From Minisyncoccota bacterium (GTDB lineage: Bacteria > Patescibacteriota > Minisyncoccia > JAHIHE01 > JAGLIN01): 59,787 nt of DNA. The DNA is taken from NCBI GenBank assembly GCA_028691985.1, contig JAQUYG010000004.1:1-59787 (forward strand), written 5' to 3'. Of this stretch, positions 17,661-28,430 are shown piece after piece (positions within the stretch are counted from its first letter, which is position 1; every line of letters starts with the position of its first letter). The notes below the pieces were generated by a model, which saw only the letters and a program-made list of their open reading frames with translations, was not told where the DNA came from and did not search any database. The translations under genes and the position numbers were made by a program.

Positions 17661-19496
17661 TTATTCCACTGTTACACTCTTTGCCAAATTCCTCGGTTTA
17701 TCGATGTCGAGTCCGCGTTCGATTCCGACATAGGCGGCAAATAGATATAGCGGAATACAGGCAAGCACCGGCGTCAACATTTCCAGCGTTTTTGGAATAT
17801 AAATCGTATCAGAAACAATATCGTTCAAATCTTCATTGCCTTTAGTAGTAATTGCAATTATTTTTCCACCACGCGCTTTCACCTCTTCCATATTGCTACA
17901 CATCTTTTCATAGACACTGTCTTTCGGAGCAATAAAAACACATGGGAAATTTTCATCAATCATCGCAATCGGACCGTGCTTCATCTCCCCGCCTGCATAC
18001 CCCTCGGCATGAATATAAGAAATCTCCTTGATCTTGAGCGCGCCTTCATAAGCAATCGGACAATTATATTTTCTTCCGAGATACAAAAAATTTTCATAAG
18101 CGGAATATTTTTTTGCCAAAGTCCGTATATTTTCGCTATCTTGCAAAACATCTTCAACCAATTTCGGAAGATTTGAAATCTCTTCTAGAATTCTCTTTCC
18201 CATTATCATCGACATACCGCGCATTCTGCCCATATAAACGGTAATAAGAGCCAGAACCACTATCTGTGAGATAAACGCTTTTGTAGAGGCGACCGCAATT
18301 TCCGGACCGGCGTGATTATAAACTCCCGCCTCCGTTTCCCGCGCGACCGTACTCCCGACTACATTCACGATTCCTAGCGTGAGTGCGCCCTTTCGCTTGG
18401 CTTCCATCAACGACGCCAAACTGTCCGCCGTCTCTCCTGACTGACTGACAACCAAAACCGCCGTCCTCTCATCTATAATAGGTTTTCTATAGCGAAACTC
18501 ACTTCCCAGCTCCACTTCAACCGGTATTCCTGCGTATTCTTCCAACATATATTCCCCCACCATCGCCGCATAGCTGGCACTTCCACAACCGATAATGATG
18601 ATGCGCTCGATGTCACGCAAGCGCTTCTGGTCCAAAACTTCCAGCCCGCCCAACTTCGCCAAGCCTTCTTCGATTATCATCCTGCCCCGCGTAGAGTTTT
18701 TGATCACCTCAGGGCATTCAAAAATTTCCTTAAGCAAAAAATATTCGAAACCGTTCTTCTGAATATCTGAAAGATCCAACTCAATCACATTCGGTTTTTT
18801 ATTAACCTCAGAATTGTTCTCAATAGAAATAATTTTGTAATCATCTGTTGTAATAACCCCCAACTCCCCATCATCCATATAAATGACTCTATCAGTAAAA
18901 CCCACCAACGCCGACGGGTCAGAAGCGATAAAAGTCTCCCCCTCGGAAAATCCCAAAACCAGTGGACTCGACTTCTTTGCCACCACAAGCTTATCAGGAT
19001 CTTCTCTAGCGATGACCGCCAACGCATAAGCCCCCTCAACCTCTTTGAGCGCGTTCAAAACCGCCTCTTCCAGATTGCCTGCAAAATGCTTCTCGACTAA
19101 ATGCGCCAAAACTTCCGTATCCGTATTAGACTTAAAAATATGTCCGGCCCTTTCCAAATCCGCCTTAAGGCTCTTATAATTTTCTATAATACCGTTATGC
19201 ACGAGATAGATATTACTATCGCAATCTGAATGCGGATGTGCGTTTTTCTCGGACGGAATTCCATGTGTCGCCCATCTAGTATGCGCAATACCAACCGTCT
19301 CGCCCCACTTCTCATTCTTAATATTATCTTCCAGTTCTTTTATTCTACCGACTTTCTTCACGCATCGTACTTCATTTCCTTTCTCAACTACCGCGATCCC
19401 CGCACTGTCATAACCCCGATATTCCAACCTCTTCAGCGCATTGATAAGAAAATCCTTAGCACCATCCTTACCGATATATCCCGCAATTCCACACAT
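17661..19496 (-). CDS. glmS: Glutamine--fructose-6-phosphate aminotransferase
   Basis: 611-aa ORF: MCGIAGYIG N-terminal nucleophile, two SIS domains, C-terminal NLAKSVTVE. Confidence 0.95.
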   Translation of the reverse strand: MCGIAGYIGKDGAKDFLINALKRLEYRGYDSAGIAVVEKGNEVRCVKKVGRIKELEDNIKNEKWGETVGIAHTRWATHGIPSEKNAHPHSDCDSNIYLVHNGIIENYKSLKADLERAGHIFKSNTDTEVLAHLVEKHFAGNLEEAVLNALKEVEGAYALAVIAREDPDKLVVAKKSSPLVLGFSEGETFIASDPSALVGFTDRVIYMDDGELGVITTDDYKIISIENNSEVNKKPNVIELDLSDIQKNGFEYFLLKEIFECPEVIKNSTRGRMIIEEGLAKLGGLEVLDQKRLRDIERIIIIGCGSASYAAMVGEYMLEEYAGIPVEVELGSEFRYRKPIIDERTAVLVVSQSGETADSLASLMEAKRKGALTLGIVNVVGSTVARETEAGVYNHAGPEIAVASTKAFISQIVVLALITVYMGRMRGMSMIMGKRILEEISNLPKLVEDVLQDSENIRTLAKKYSAYENFLYLGRKYNCPIAYEGALKIKEISYIHAEGYAGGEMKHGPIAMIDENFPCVFIAPKDSVYEKMCSNMEEVKARGGKIIAITTKGNEDLNDIVSDTIYIPKTLEMLTPVLACIPLYLFAAYVGIERGLDIDKPRNLAKSVTVE

Positions 19497-19524
19497 ATTT
19501 TTATGCGTTATATTTAACCCTATA

Positions 19525-19553
19525 ATTATAGTTTAGATGATTTTCAAGGTCAA
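19525..19553 (-). promoter_or_regulatory. Sigma-70 promoter for glmS
   Basis: On the minus strand: TTGACC (19553-19548), 17 nt, TATAAT (19530-19525). This leaves only a ~22-nt 5' UTR. Confidence 0.6.
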
Positions 19554-19580
19554 TTTTATAGGAATGATAAAAAATCAAAT

Positions 19581-19613
19581 AAAAAACAGAAAAAGTAGGC
19601 ATTTGGGCCTACT
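19581..19613 (-). terminator. Rho-independent terminator after the 69-aa ORF
   Basis: 7-bp stem AGTAGGC/GCCTACT (19594-19600 / 19607-19613), followed by TTTTCTGTTTTTT on the minus strand. Confidence 0.7.
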
Positions 19614-19636
19614 CAATTTTTAAGGATAACACCTCC

Positions 19637-19846
19637 TTATTTCAGTTCCTCATCTATTAGAAGATTGGCGCCAACCAAAACATTATCTTCTCCTCTTTCC
19701 TTACATTCTTTCACAAGAGTTAAGTCTGGAATAAACTCTTCGGAAAGAGAAGCTAAATAAGATGTTCCCTGTGCAATTCCTCTAAGGTAAGCAAGCTGCC
19801 GAAGAGCCATTAATGCGTCTATGGGTAAAATACTTTGATTTTGCAT
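19637..19846 (-). CDS. Hypothetical small protein (69 aa)
   Basis: The ORF has its own TTGACT promoter-like box upstream (19909-19904 on the minus strand) and its own terminator. Confidence 0.5.
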   Translation of the reverse strand: MQNQSILPIDALMALRQLAYLRGIAQGTSYLASLSEEFIPDLTLVKECKERGEDNVLVGANLLIDEELK

Positions 19847-19920
19847 TTATACACGACCCTTTATTTTTGTTACCTATAAAATAACATAAAATCACAAAAA
19901 GTCAAGCAAAAAATAGACCA

Positions 19921-19943
19921 ACAAAAAAGAAGCCCTAAGCTTC
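19921..19943 (-). terminator. Terminator hairpin overlapping the rnc stop codon
   Basis: The minus strand reads GAAGC-TTAGG-GCTTC followed by TTTTTTG. Confidence 0.55.
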
Positions 19944-20642
19944 TTTTTCTTCACCCCATCCTTTTGCCTTAAGCCCGTTTTCCGCTGCGCGCCGCTGCGC
20001 CGATTGCTTGCTCGTCCCCTCTCCCTCGGCGATTTTTTCATCGCCAACATAGACTCCTATTACAAAGTGTTTGTCATGATCTGGTCCCCAGTCTTTCTCC
20101 ACGCGATATGACGGCGTAATACCGATTTTTTCCTGTGCTTCTTCCTGAAATTTACTCTTCGGATCTTGATAAAGTTTGTCACTCAAAACATCGTCCATAT
20201 GAGAAAGAATCCTTTCTGTTATGAATTTCTTCGCCGGTATATACCCTTGATCCAGATAAATCGCCCCGATAACCGCTTCCACGGCATTGGCAAGAAGATA
20301 TTGTCTCGCCTTTCCCGTATCCTTCTCTTCCCCCTTACTCATCATCAGATGTTCTTCCAGCCCAACTTCCTGCGCCACCTGAGCAAGCATTTTTCCGTTC
20401 ACCAAAGCCGATCTGAAATTCGTCAGCTCGCCTTCAGGGTTAGAAAAGTTGTTATAGAGATATTCGGTCGACACCAGTTCCAACACGGCATCTCCCAAAA
20501 ATTCCAGTCTCTCATTATGATCGAGTTCAAAATCTCTGTGTTCGTTGAGATAAGAACGGTGAACCATAGATTGCCTCAAAAGATTTTTATCATTTGCGAC
20601 AAAATCGATTTTCCCTTCCAGTTTTGAAATGTCACTGTCCAT
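19935..20642 (-). CDS. rnc: Ribonuclease III
   Basis: 235-aa ORF with the signature NERLEFLGDAVLE and a C-terminal dsRBD (SKQSAQRRAAENGL). Confidence 0.92.
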   Translation of the reverse strand: MDSDISKLEGKIDFVANDKNLLRQSMVHRSYLNEHRDFELDHNERLEFLGDAVLELVSTEYLYNNFSNPEGELTNFRSALVNGKMLAQVAQEVGLEEHLMMSKGEEKDTGKARQYLLANAVEAVIGAIYLDQGYIPAKKFITERILSHMDDVLSDKLYQDPKSKFQEEAQEKIGITPSYRVEKDWGPDHDKHFVIGVYVGDEKIAEGEGTSKQSAQRRAAENGLKAKGWGEEKEA

Positions 20643-20687
20643 TTTATTGATTTATTTGATAAACAAATAAACGAGCCTCAGGCCCGA

Positions 20688-21218
20688 TTATTCTTCCTTA
20701 TTCGAATTTTCCGAAACATCGGGCACCACGGTTTCATCTTCTTCAGCTACAACCTCCTGACCACCGCCGAGTTCCTTGTATAAGGCCCCCAGTACACCGT
20801 TGATGAATTTACCCGACGACTGTCCGCCGAAAGTCTTTGCAAGCTCAATCGCTTCATTTATAGCAACCTTAGGGGGAACATCTTCCCCTTTGCCAAATTT
20901 TAACTCAAAAATTCCGATTCGAAGCACATTCCTATTGATGATAGTCACCTGCTCAATCGGCCATTCTGGAGCAAACTTTTTAATCACAAGATCTATATCT
21001 TCCAGATTGTCAAAAACCCCTTCGGCAAGCTCATACGAAAAACCACAATCTTCGAGACCTTCTGCATATTCTTCGATATCGGTTTTCAAAATCGCCGTCA
21101 ATCTTTCCTTGTCGAATTTTTTGAAATCATTGTCAGGCTTCTCGATTAAAGAGCTTTCAAAATCCCACTCGTATAAGCTTTGCATCGCGATCGACCTGCA
21201 CAAGTGTCTGTTAGACAT
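20688..21218 (-). CDS. nusB: Transcription antitermination factor NusB
   Basis: 176-aa ORF: [13 protein letters not shown] ... [13 protein letters not shown] ... [13 protein letters not shown]. Confidence 0.85.
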   Translation of the reverse strand: MSNRHLCRSIAMQSLYEWDFESSLIEKPDNDFKKFDKERLTAILKTDIEEYAEGLEDCGFSYELAEGVFDNLEDIDLVIKKFAPEWPIEQVTIINRNVLRIGIFELKFGKGEDVPPKVAINEAIELAKTFGGQSSGKFINGVLGALYKELGGGQEVVAEEDETVVPDVSENSNKEE

Positions 21219-21253
21219 ACAAACGGTATTTAAGTTATTAACGACGGCTATTC

Positions 21254-21517
21254 CTACTTTTCTTTTTCTTCTTTTACAGGTTCTTCTTTCTTGGATTTAG
21301 TTTCTTTCTTCGCCTTAGGCGCTACTTTCTTTTCAACCTTCACTTCTTTTTTTGAGAAATCCTTGCCATTATAAAAACCGCAAGCTGTGCACGCGTGATG
21401 AGGCTTGATAGCGCCTCCACATTTCTCGCAAACAGCAATAAATATCTCTTTCAAACTGTGATGTGACCTTCTCTCGTTCTTCGCAGATTTGGATGTTCTC
21501 TTCTTTGGATGTGGCAT
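21254..21517 (-). CDS. rpmF: Ribosomal protein L32 with a lysine-rich C-terminal tail
   Basis: Start chosen at ATG 21517: [23 protein letters not shown] ... CEKCGG...[10 protein letters not shown]. It is followed by a [24 protein letters not shown] tail. Confidence 0.85.
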   Translation of the reverse strand: MPHPKKRTSKSAKNERRSHHSLKEIFIAVCEKCGGAIKPHHACTACGFYNGKDFSKKEVKVEKKVAPKAKKETKSKKEEPVKEEKEK

Positions 21518-21637
21518 AAAATTATAAAATTTACTTGTTATCTCGATAAAAAACTGAGCAAAATTGTCAGTTACCAAATACCAAATTATACTACACCATT
21601 TCAAGAAAAAAAGCAATACTTGGAGGAGTTTCCACCC

Positions 21638-22285
21638 CTATTCCACTCCCATCAAGCCTAAAAGCTCTTTTATCGGGGAAAAGGATCTGCGATGTATCTC
21701 GCAAGGACCTTTTTCCTTCAATACTTCCATATGAAATTTAGTTCCATAGCCCTTATGTTCAGAAAAACCATATCCGGGATATTTTTCGTCCATTTCAAGC
21801 AGAATCCGGTCCCGAGTCACTTTTGCAATAATAGAAGCCGCACTCACCGAAAATACATATTGGTCTGCGCGCGGAATGGCAAGTTGCGAAACCGGAAAGT
21901 CCTCAAGCGTAGCATTCCCGTCAATCAAGATAAAATCCGGTCTTACCCCCAGTTTTTCCAGCGCCCCTCTCATTGCCAGTTTGGTTGCATTCAAGATATT
22001 GATTTTGTCTATGACTTTTTCAGAAACGACTTCTGCCGCCCAACTTCTGGAATTATCCACTATAAAATCATACAGGCTTTCCCGCTTTTTTGGAGAAACC
22101 ATTTTGGAATCCCTAACTCCCATTCTAGCCAGATCTTTGGCCAACTCCTTACTATTCTCAAATACCACCGCTGCTGCCACTACTGGACCTGCCAGCGGAC
22201 CACGGCCAGCCTCATCAACCCCAGCCACCATCTTATAGCCTTTTCTTGCAAGACTCTCCTCTCTTGAAAAATCTGGAAGAATCAT
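21638..22285 (-). CDS. rnhB: Ribonuclease HII
   Basis: 215-aa ORF: VAGVDEAGRGPLAGPVV, DSKMVSPKKRE, ASIIAKVTRD. Confidence 0.92.
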   Translation of the reverse strand: MILPDFSREESLARKGYKMVAGVDEAGRGPLAGPVVAAAVVFENSKELAKDLARMGVRDSKMVSPKKRESLYDFIVDNSRSWAAEVVSEKVIDKINILNATKLAMRGALEKLGVRPDFILIDGNATLEDFPVSQLAIPRADQYVFSVSAASIIAKVTRDRILLEMDEKYPGYGFSEHKGYGTKFHMEVLKEKGPCEIHRRSFSPIKELLGLMGVE

Positions 22286-22315
22286 ATTGATAAACTTATA
22301 TTAATCATTCCTAGT

Positions 22316-22343
22316 ATTATAAACCTAAAAATCGTAGTGTCAA
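22316..22343 (-). promoter_or_regulatory. Sigma-70 promoter for rnhB
   Basis: On the minus strand: TTGACA (22343-22338), 16 nt, TATAAT (22321-22316). Confidence 0.6.
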
Positions 22344-22382
22344 AAAAGAGGAGCGGATCTTTATAATAAACCCAAGCTCCTC
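22342..22382 (-). terminator. Terminator after the 450-aa secreted-protein gene
   Basis: Stem GAGGAGC (22348-22354) / GCTCCTC (22376-22382), followed by TTTTTTG on the minus strand. Confidence 0.55.
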
Positions 22383-22422
22383 GTGCAAAATGCAAAAGAT
22401 TTTCTTAATTTCTTCGTCCTCC

Positions 22423-23775
22423 TTATTTTTCGACAAGAGCTATAGCACTACACCCCCCTGCAACATTAGACCAAAGGAAACCATACTCGTTAGAAGTCAT
22501 AGTGACTGTACAAGGAAATTCTAGATCACTAAATTCACCTCTAGATAAAAAGTTTCCTTTTTTGTCATATATTTCTATGACGACTCTTTTCGCTATAGGA
22601 CTATTGCCCTCTAAGCTGATGTAAATAGTGGCCTCTTGTGCTATACCTTTTTTGGTATCTACGCCACTAACGCTTGCACAAGTAGCAGGCGCCATCACAG
22701 CGAAGGTTTCTTTATTGTCCCCTGGGTTAGGGTCAAATAAAGGCGACCAGTCAACATACGAAATCTCAACTGTAACCTTATTATCTCCCGGATTCAGATA
22801 ACTCGAGAAATCTTCAATAACACATCCTCCTTGTGAAAGATCGAAATCCGCACTAAGAATCTCTTCTCCTTCAATATTAATTTTTACATGGAATAATCTC
22901 GGTACATATGGATCTTCCTCAGAAATTGGGACAGGACAAACAGTCAGAATGTCTGATATTTTATCATAAGAAGTACTTATGCCAATGTCCTGCGGAGTAT
23001 TGTTTTTTACTATATTTAATGACGCCTCTTTCACATTGTTTTCCAAATCGGGATCGAAGACACCGTCTTTGGTTACCATGACTGAGTAAGTATTGAATCC
23101 TATGAAGGTTCTGTCTCTTATATCAATAAGAAGTCTATAATCAGACAGTTCCTCTTTTTCGTAGATCTCTTCTCCGTTAAAATAAACTGTGTAAATAAAT
23201 GGACCTTCAGGACAATATTCTCCAGGAAGAGAAGCACCTACATATAAGCTTTTCCCATAATTAAATATTCCAGCCCCTGCTTTAATGTCCAAAACCGATT
23301 CATCAGACCGAATAAATATCATTTCTGTATCTTCGTTATTCGAAAGGTCTGGGTCATAATATATGGAAGTACTCATATCAGACACTTTCACAACAACGGT
23401 ATTCTCTCCAGGAACCAAGAATTCGGAAAAGGTTGGGATAAATTCCCATTCTATATTATCACGAACCTCCTCTTTCCAAACGGGATCTCCATTAACTGTC
23501 AATCCTAATTCATAGGGAGCTTCTGCATATGTCCCATCATGATTAGTTACCTCTATAATTAACCGGTCATCAGCCCCACCAAGATAATCTATATTTATGG
23601 ACACATCTCGAGGGACAGAATTGGGTTCTTCAGCCAATACGGCCTGCGGTAAGCAAGCAAGTAGTAACAAGAATGCTACTACTAGAGGAAATATTTTCCT
23701 TGTTGTTTCCATTGCGTTCACCTGTTTTACCCCTCCATTTTTTCTCCCATTTTGTTTTTTAACGCCCATATACAC
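22423..23775 (-). CDS. Secreted repeat protein, CARDB-like beta-sandwich repeats
   Basis: Signal/TM segment KIFPLVVAFLLLLACLPQAVLA; the true start may be ATG 23712 (METTRK). There are three repeats, each ending in DPDLSNNEDTE, DPDLENNVKEA or DPNPGDNKETF. Confidence 0.55.
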   Translation of the reverse strand: MYMGVKKQNGRKNGGVKQVNAMETTRKIFPLVVAFLLLLACLPQAVLAEEPNSVPRDVSINIDYLGGADDRLIIEVTNHDGTYAEAPYELGLTVNGDPVWKEEVRDNIEWEFIPTFSEFLVPGENTVVVKVSDMSTSIYYDPDLSNNEDTEMIFIRSDESVLDIKAGAGIFNYGKSLYVGASLPGEYCPEGPFIYTVYFNGEEIYEKEELSDYRLLIDIRDRTFIGFNTYSVMVTKDGVFDPDLENNVKEASLNIVKNNTPQDIGISTSYDKISDILTVCPVPISEEDPYVPRLFHVKINIEGEEILSADFDLSQGGCVIEDFSSYLNPGDNKVTVEISYVDWSPLFDPNPGDNKETFAVMAPATCASVSGVDTKKGIAQEATIYISLEGNSPIAKRVVIEIYDKKGNFLSRGEFSDLEFPCTVTMTSNEYGFLWSNVAGGCSAIALVEK

Positions 23776-23925
23776 AATAAGCGCGTAGTTAGAAACTTAG
23801 CAGATAAACATCTTTTGTCAAGTTTCTTGTTCTAAAAAGGAAAACATTCAAAATTGCCTTTTTTCCGCTTAGATAATATAATAAATTAAGCCAGAGGCGT
23901 AAATATTAATTATCACAATAAAAAT

Positions 23926-24546
23926 ATGCAAGAAGATCAAAAACAAAAAAGTGCCTACGCTCCGCTTTGGGAGATTGTTGAAAAGGAACTGGAAAAAAAC
24001 GATATTTCCGCCAACAAAGTAGCAGTTATGGAAACTGAAAAGATTTTCAAAAAAGTGCTGGAAGAGAAAAATATTCCGGGCAAAGACACGGAAGACCGCA
24101 TAAAAAACTACAAAGAACTCTTTCAAAATCCCGACAAATTGAAATATGCCAGAGCGATGTATAAAAAAATCGTTTCCGAATCGGGCTTTGATATCTCGGC
24201 AGATGACACCAGGGAAATTATCAAAGGCTATCACGAAGCCATCGAGAATCTTGAAGAAGTAGATTTTAACGATTTTTCAATAAAAGAAAAGCTCAATTTG
24301 TTTCTCGGAAGATATTTTTATAGCTTCCCGCAGAAGAGTAAAAAGATCATAGCCGCAATACTTGCACTTTGTCTTATAACCTTTGTCCTCACCGAAACGG
24401 AAACCGGACAAAATGCCGCATTACGCTGGGTCACAATCAATAATTACCTCTTTTATAAAATTATACCGACCGTATTGATGCTGATAGCGGCAGTGCTTCT
24501 TGTTGTCGCCGCACTATTTTTCTACAAGAATAGAAAAAAGAAATAA
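23926..24546 (+). CDS. Hypothetical membrane protein
   Basis: 206-aa ORF with two C-terminal TM segments and an upstream TTGCCT-17-TATAAT box. Confidence 0.5.
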   Translation: MQEDQKQKSAYAPLWEIVEKELEKNDISANKVAVMETEKIFKKVLEEKNIPGKDTEDRIKNYKELFQNPDKLKYARAMYKKIVSESGFDISADDTREIIKGYHEAIENLEEVDFNDFSIKEKLNLFLGRYFYSFPQKSKKIIAAILALCLITFVLTETETGQNAALRWVTINNYLFYKIIPTVLMLIAAVLLVVAALFFYKNRKKK

Positions 24547-24565
24547 ACCGATAAGTTTTTCCATA

Positions 24566-27500
24566 ATGAAATTTACTCACCTGCATAACCATAGTCACTA
24601 CAGTCTTCTGGACGGACTGGCAAAAATTGACGACCTCGTCAACCGCACCGCAGAGCTCGGCATGGATTCGTTGGCAATCACCGACCACGGAGTGATGTTC
24701 GGCGCGCTTGAATTCTATCAGAAAGCGAAAGCGAAAGGCATCAAACCTATTATCGGGACAGAGGCCTATGTCGCCTCCAAGTCCCGTTTTGATAAAACGC
24801 CGAGTATTGATAATCGCAGAAACCATTTAATCCTCCTCGCCAAAAACGAGGAAGGTTATAAAAATTTGGTAAAGCTCACGACCCTAGCCCATCTAGAAGG
24901 TTTTTACTATAAACCACGAATGGACAAAGAGATTCTCCGGCAACACTCCAAGGGCATTATCGCCTCCTCTGCGTGCATCGCCGGAGAAGTTTCGCAAGCA
25001 ATTCTGCAGAAGGATATGAAAAAGGCAGAAAATATAATATACGAATTCCAAGAAATTTTCGGCAAAGAGAATTACTATCTTGAACTCCAAGACCACCCCA
25101 AGCTCGAGGGACAGAACATGGTCAACAACGGACTCATCGAACTCTCAAAAAAAACCGGCGCGCCTCTCATTGCTGCCAATGATATCCACTATGTCTATAA
25201 AGAAGACGACAAGGTTCAGGACATCCTTCTCTGTATACAGATGAACAAAACCGTGCAAGATACGGATCGAATGAGTATGCTTGATGAGAATTATTCGATG
25301 AAAAGTCCAGAAGAAATGATTGAGCACTTCAGTCACATTCCCGAAGCGATTGAAAACACCCAACGCATCGTAGAGGCCTGTAATGTGGAATTCGATTTGG
25401 GAAAAATTCTCATCCCCTATTTTGATGTGCCAGGCGGAATGACCGACAACGATTATCTGGAAAAAATGTGCCACGAAGGAATTGAAAAACGCTACGGCAA
25501 AACCACCGAGGAGATCGAAAAGCGCCTCCGCTTCGAGCTTGATGTCATCAAACAGATGGGATTTCCTTCCTACTTTTTGATTGTGCAGGATTTTGTCAAC
25601 TGGGCCAAAGACCACAAAATTGTCGTTGGGCCGGGAAGAGGCAGCGCTGCCGGCTCCATTGTGTCCTATCTGACAGGAATCACCGAAATGGATCCGCTCA
25701 AATATAATCTGCTTTTTGAGAGGTTTCTAAATCCCGACCGAATCAGTATGCCCGACATCGATATGGATTTTGCGGACACCAGACGCGACGAAGTCCTTGC
25801 CTATGTCGCACAGAAATACGGACAAGACCATGTGGCACAAATCATCACCTTCGGAACTATGGCGTCCAAAGCGGCAGTCCGCGATTGCGGCAGAGCGCTC
25901 GCGCTCCCCTATTCCTATTGCGACAAAATTTCCAAAATGATTCCGATGTTCACCAAGCTCAAGGATGCAATAGAAAACACCAAAGAGCTCAAAGACATAT
26001 ATGAAAACGACCCGGACGCGAAAAAGCTGCTCGATTATTCCCTGAAACTAGAAGGCGTTGTCAGACATAATTCAACACACGCCTGCGGAGTCGTCATCAG
26101 CAAAGACCCGATTAACGACTACACTCCAACCCAGCATCCGCCACAGGACGATACCGCCATCACTACGCAATACCCTGCCGGCGACATCGAAAAACTAGGG
26201 CTTCTAAAGATGGATTTTTTGGGACTTAAAAACCTTACGATTATTGAGCGTGCACTCAAAATCATTTCCAAAATACATAACATCGACATAGACATTGCCG
26301 AAGTTCCGTTGGGAGATGCAGAAACACTGAAGCTTTTTCAGAAAGGGATGACTACCGGAGTATTCCAATTTGAGTCCAACGGTATGAAAAAATATCTCAA
26401 AAGATTAGCGCCGACAGATTTTGAAGACATCATCGCTATGGTTGCCCTCTATCGACCGGGACCGCTAAACTCGGGAATGGTAGACGAATTTATTGACCGC
26501 AAACACGGCAGAAAAGAAATTGTCTATAAGCATCCTGTGATGAAAGACGCGCTGGAAAATACTTACGGCGTCATCGTCTACCAAGAACAAGTGATGAGAC
26601 TCTCCAAAGATATGGCGAGCTTTACCGGCGGACAGGCGGACACACTGCGAAAAGCGATGGGAAAGAAAATCGCCGAGCTTATGGCAAAAATGAAAGATGA
26701 CTTTATCAACGGATGCGTCAAGAACGGACTGGATAAGAAACTTGCGGAACAAACTTTCGCTGACTGCGAAGCTTTCGCAGAATATGGCTTCAACCGTTCC
26801 CACGCAGTCTGTTATGCTTTCATCGGCTACCAGACAGCATATCTCAAGGCCCATTACCCCGCTGAATTTATGGCGGCGCTTTTAACGAGTGATCGAGAAA
26901 ATATCGACCGCGTCGCCATTGAAGTCGAAGAGTGTCGACTCATAGACATCGAGGTCCTCCCGCCGGATGTAAATGAAAGCTTCGTGGACTTCGGTGTGAT
27001 TCCCCAAGAAGATAGCAGCAAAAAAATCCGTTTCGGGCTCTCCGCTATCAAAAATGTTGGCGAACAGCTTATTAAAACCATCGTTGAAGAAAGAAAACAA
27101 AACGGCAAATTCAAAGACATTGAAGACTTTGTACTTCGCGTCAAATCCAATGCACTCAATAAAAAATCAATGGAAAGTCTTGCTAAGGCCGGAGCATTCG
27201 ATAGTATTACAGAAAGAAACAATATTTTGGGAAATCTGGAAAAGATTCTGCTTTTTGCCAAAGAGGAACAGAAGGCGGCTGCCAACGGTCAATTCAGTTT
27301 GTTCGCCTCCGCAACCACCGATGATTCCATCAACACACTAAAACTTGATCCACAGAAACCTGCAAGCAAAACGGAACGGATGACTTGGGAAAAAGAACTG
27401 CTCGGGCTCTATGTCAGCGACCACCCCCTCAAAGAATACGCGGCTTACTTTTCCGACAAGTGCACATCGATCGGACATCTTAAACACGCGGATGTCAATC

Positions 27501-28027
27501 AGATGGCACAACTCGCGGGCATCATCACCAAGGTCCAAAAAATTATAACCAAAAGAGGCTCCTCGATGCTCTTCGTTAATTTGGAAGACCTGACAGGTAA
27601 AATAGAAATCTTAGTATTTCCCAAAGTCCTCGGCGACAATCCTGATATATGGGAAGACGGCAGTATCGTTCTTGTCAAAGGAAAACTAAGCGACAAAGAC
27701 GGGGTATTTAAATTATTAGGCGAAGAGGCCCGCCGCATCGACCTTGTGGAAGCGCGAGAATATTCAAATAAACACAAATCGAAATCGCTGGAAGAAGCTG
27801 AAACGATCAATATATCAATCCCCCAACAAAACGCCAAACAAATGATGCTAAAACTTTCAGAATTCCTTAAAAATCAAAGCGAAGGGAAATTTAGTGTACT
27901 TATCTCCATCCCAACCGACGGCAACGGCTATCAGAAGATTAAAGCAAATAAGAATATAACTTGTGATGAGAAGGTGCTGGACGGTATTAGAAATATTGTT
28001 ACGGGGCAGAATGTGATTTTGAAATAA
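24566..28027 (+). CDS. dnaE: DNA polymerase III alpha subunit
   Basis: Start chosen at ATG 24566: MKFTHLHNHSHYSLLDG (PHP domain). Also the palm PDIDMDF, the fingers GLLKMDFLGL, and an OB fold. Confidence 0.95.
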   Translation: MKFTHLHNHSHYSLLDGLAKIDDLVNRTAELGMDSLAITDHGVMFGALEFYQKAKAKGIKPIIGTEAYVASKSRFDKTPSIDNRRNHLILLAKNEEGYKNLVKLTTLAHLEGFYYKPRMDKEILRQHSKGIIASSACIAGEVSQAILQKDMKKAENIIYEFQEIFGKENYYLELQDHPKLEGQNMVNNGLIELSKKTGAPLIAANDIHYVYKEDDKVQDILLCIQMNKTVQDTDRMSMLDENYSMKSPEEMIEHFSHIPEAIENTQRIVEACNVEFDLGKILIPYFDVPGGMTDNDYLEKMCHEGIEKRYGKTTEEIEKRLRFELDVIKQMGFPSYFLIVQDFVNWAKDHKIVVGPGRGSAAGSIVSYLTGITEMDPLKYNLLFERFLNPDRISMPDIDMDFADTRRDEVLAYVAQKYGQDHVAQIITFGTMASKAAVRDCGRALALPYSYCDKISKMIPMFTKLKDAIENTKELKDIYENDPDAKKLLDYSLKLEGVVRHNSTHACGVVISKDPINDYTPTQHPPQDDTAITTQYPAGDIEKLGLLKMDFLGLKNLTIIERALKIISKIHNIDIDIAEVPLGDAETLKLFQKGMTTGVFQFESNGMKKYLKRLAPTDFEDIIAMVALYRPGPLNSGMVDEFIDRKHGRKEIVYKHPVMKDALENTYGVIVYQEQVMRLSKDMASFTGGQADTLRKAMGKKIAELMAKMKDDFINGCVKNGLDKKLAEQTFADCEAFAEYGFNRSHAVCYAFIGYQTAYLKAHYPAEFMAALLTSDRENIDRVAIEVEECRLIDIEVLPPDVNESFVDFGVIPQEDSSKKIRFGLSAIKNVGEQLIKTIVEERKQNGKFKDIEDFVLRVKSNALNKKSMESLAKAGAFDSITERNNILGNLEKILLFAKEEQKAAANGQFSLFASATTDDSINTLKLDPQKPASKTERMTWEKELLGLYVSDHPLKEYAAYFSDKCTSIGHLKHADVNQMAQLAGIITKVQKIITKRGSSMLFVNLEDLTGKIEILVFPKVLGDNPDIWEDGSIVLVKGKLSDKDGVFKLLGEEARRIDLVEAREYSNKHKSKSLEEAETINISIPQQNAKQMMLKLSEFLKNQSEGKFSVLISIPTDGNGYQKIKANKNITCDEKVLDGIRNIVTGQNVILK

Positions 28028-28037
28028 ATTTTATATA

Positions 28038-28065
28038 TTGACATATTTGTTTAGATGTTTATTAT
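28038..28065 (+). promoter_or_regulatory. Promoter for the 79-aa ORF
   Basis: TTGACA (28038-28043), 16 nt, TATTAT (28060-28065). GGAG lies 9 nt before the ATG. Confidence 0.5.
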
Positions 28066-28088
28066 TACAATCAGTGGAGATATAAATC

Positions 28089-28328
28089 ATGGATACAGAA
28101 CTAAAACTACCTACAGGCGTGATGCTGGGAGACTCAGTGAGGCTATCCCCAAAAAAAATCAATGAACTCAAAGAAAGAGATGCGTACAAAAACCTTTCTT
28201 GTATAGAGGACGGTGAACCTATAATAGAAGGAACCCTAAAGAAAGAGTTTGATGACGGTTTTGTCATAGAATTCCCAAAATCAAAATTGTTATTTGTAAG
28301 AAAAGGAGACTTTGAGAAAATACAATAA
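28089..28328 (+). CDS. Hypothetical small protein (79 aa)
   Basis: The ORF has a promoter-like box and one of the few SD-like motifs in the window. Confidence 0.5.
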   Translation: MDTELKLPTGVMLGDSVRLSPKKINELKERDAYKNLSCIEDGEPIIEGTLKKEFDDGFVIEFPKSKLLFVRKGDFEKIQ

Positions 28329-28396
28329 AACGATTTCTCGAATTCTAGTTTTCTTCTTTTTTTATTTATTCTAAATTTAATATATTAGAATACAGT

Positions 28397-28424
28397 TTGA
28401 CACATCCACAAAAAAGCCTATAAT
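28397..28424 (+). promoter_or_regulatory. Consensus sigma-70 promoter for the thrS leader
   Basis: TTGACA (28397-28402), 16 nt, TATAAT (28419-28424). Confidence 0.7.
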
Positions 28425-28430
28425 CAATCT

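Noticed and set aside
19497-19636. A glmS ribozyme upstream of glmS
   Set aside because: A TTGACC-17-TATAAT promoter at 19553-19525 leaves only about 22 nt of 5' UTR. The rest of the spacer is the terminator of the upstream 69-aa gene. There is no room for a ~170-nt ribozyme.
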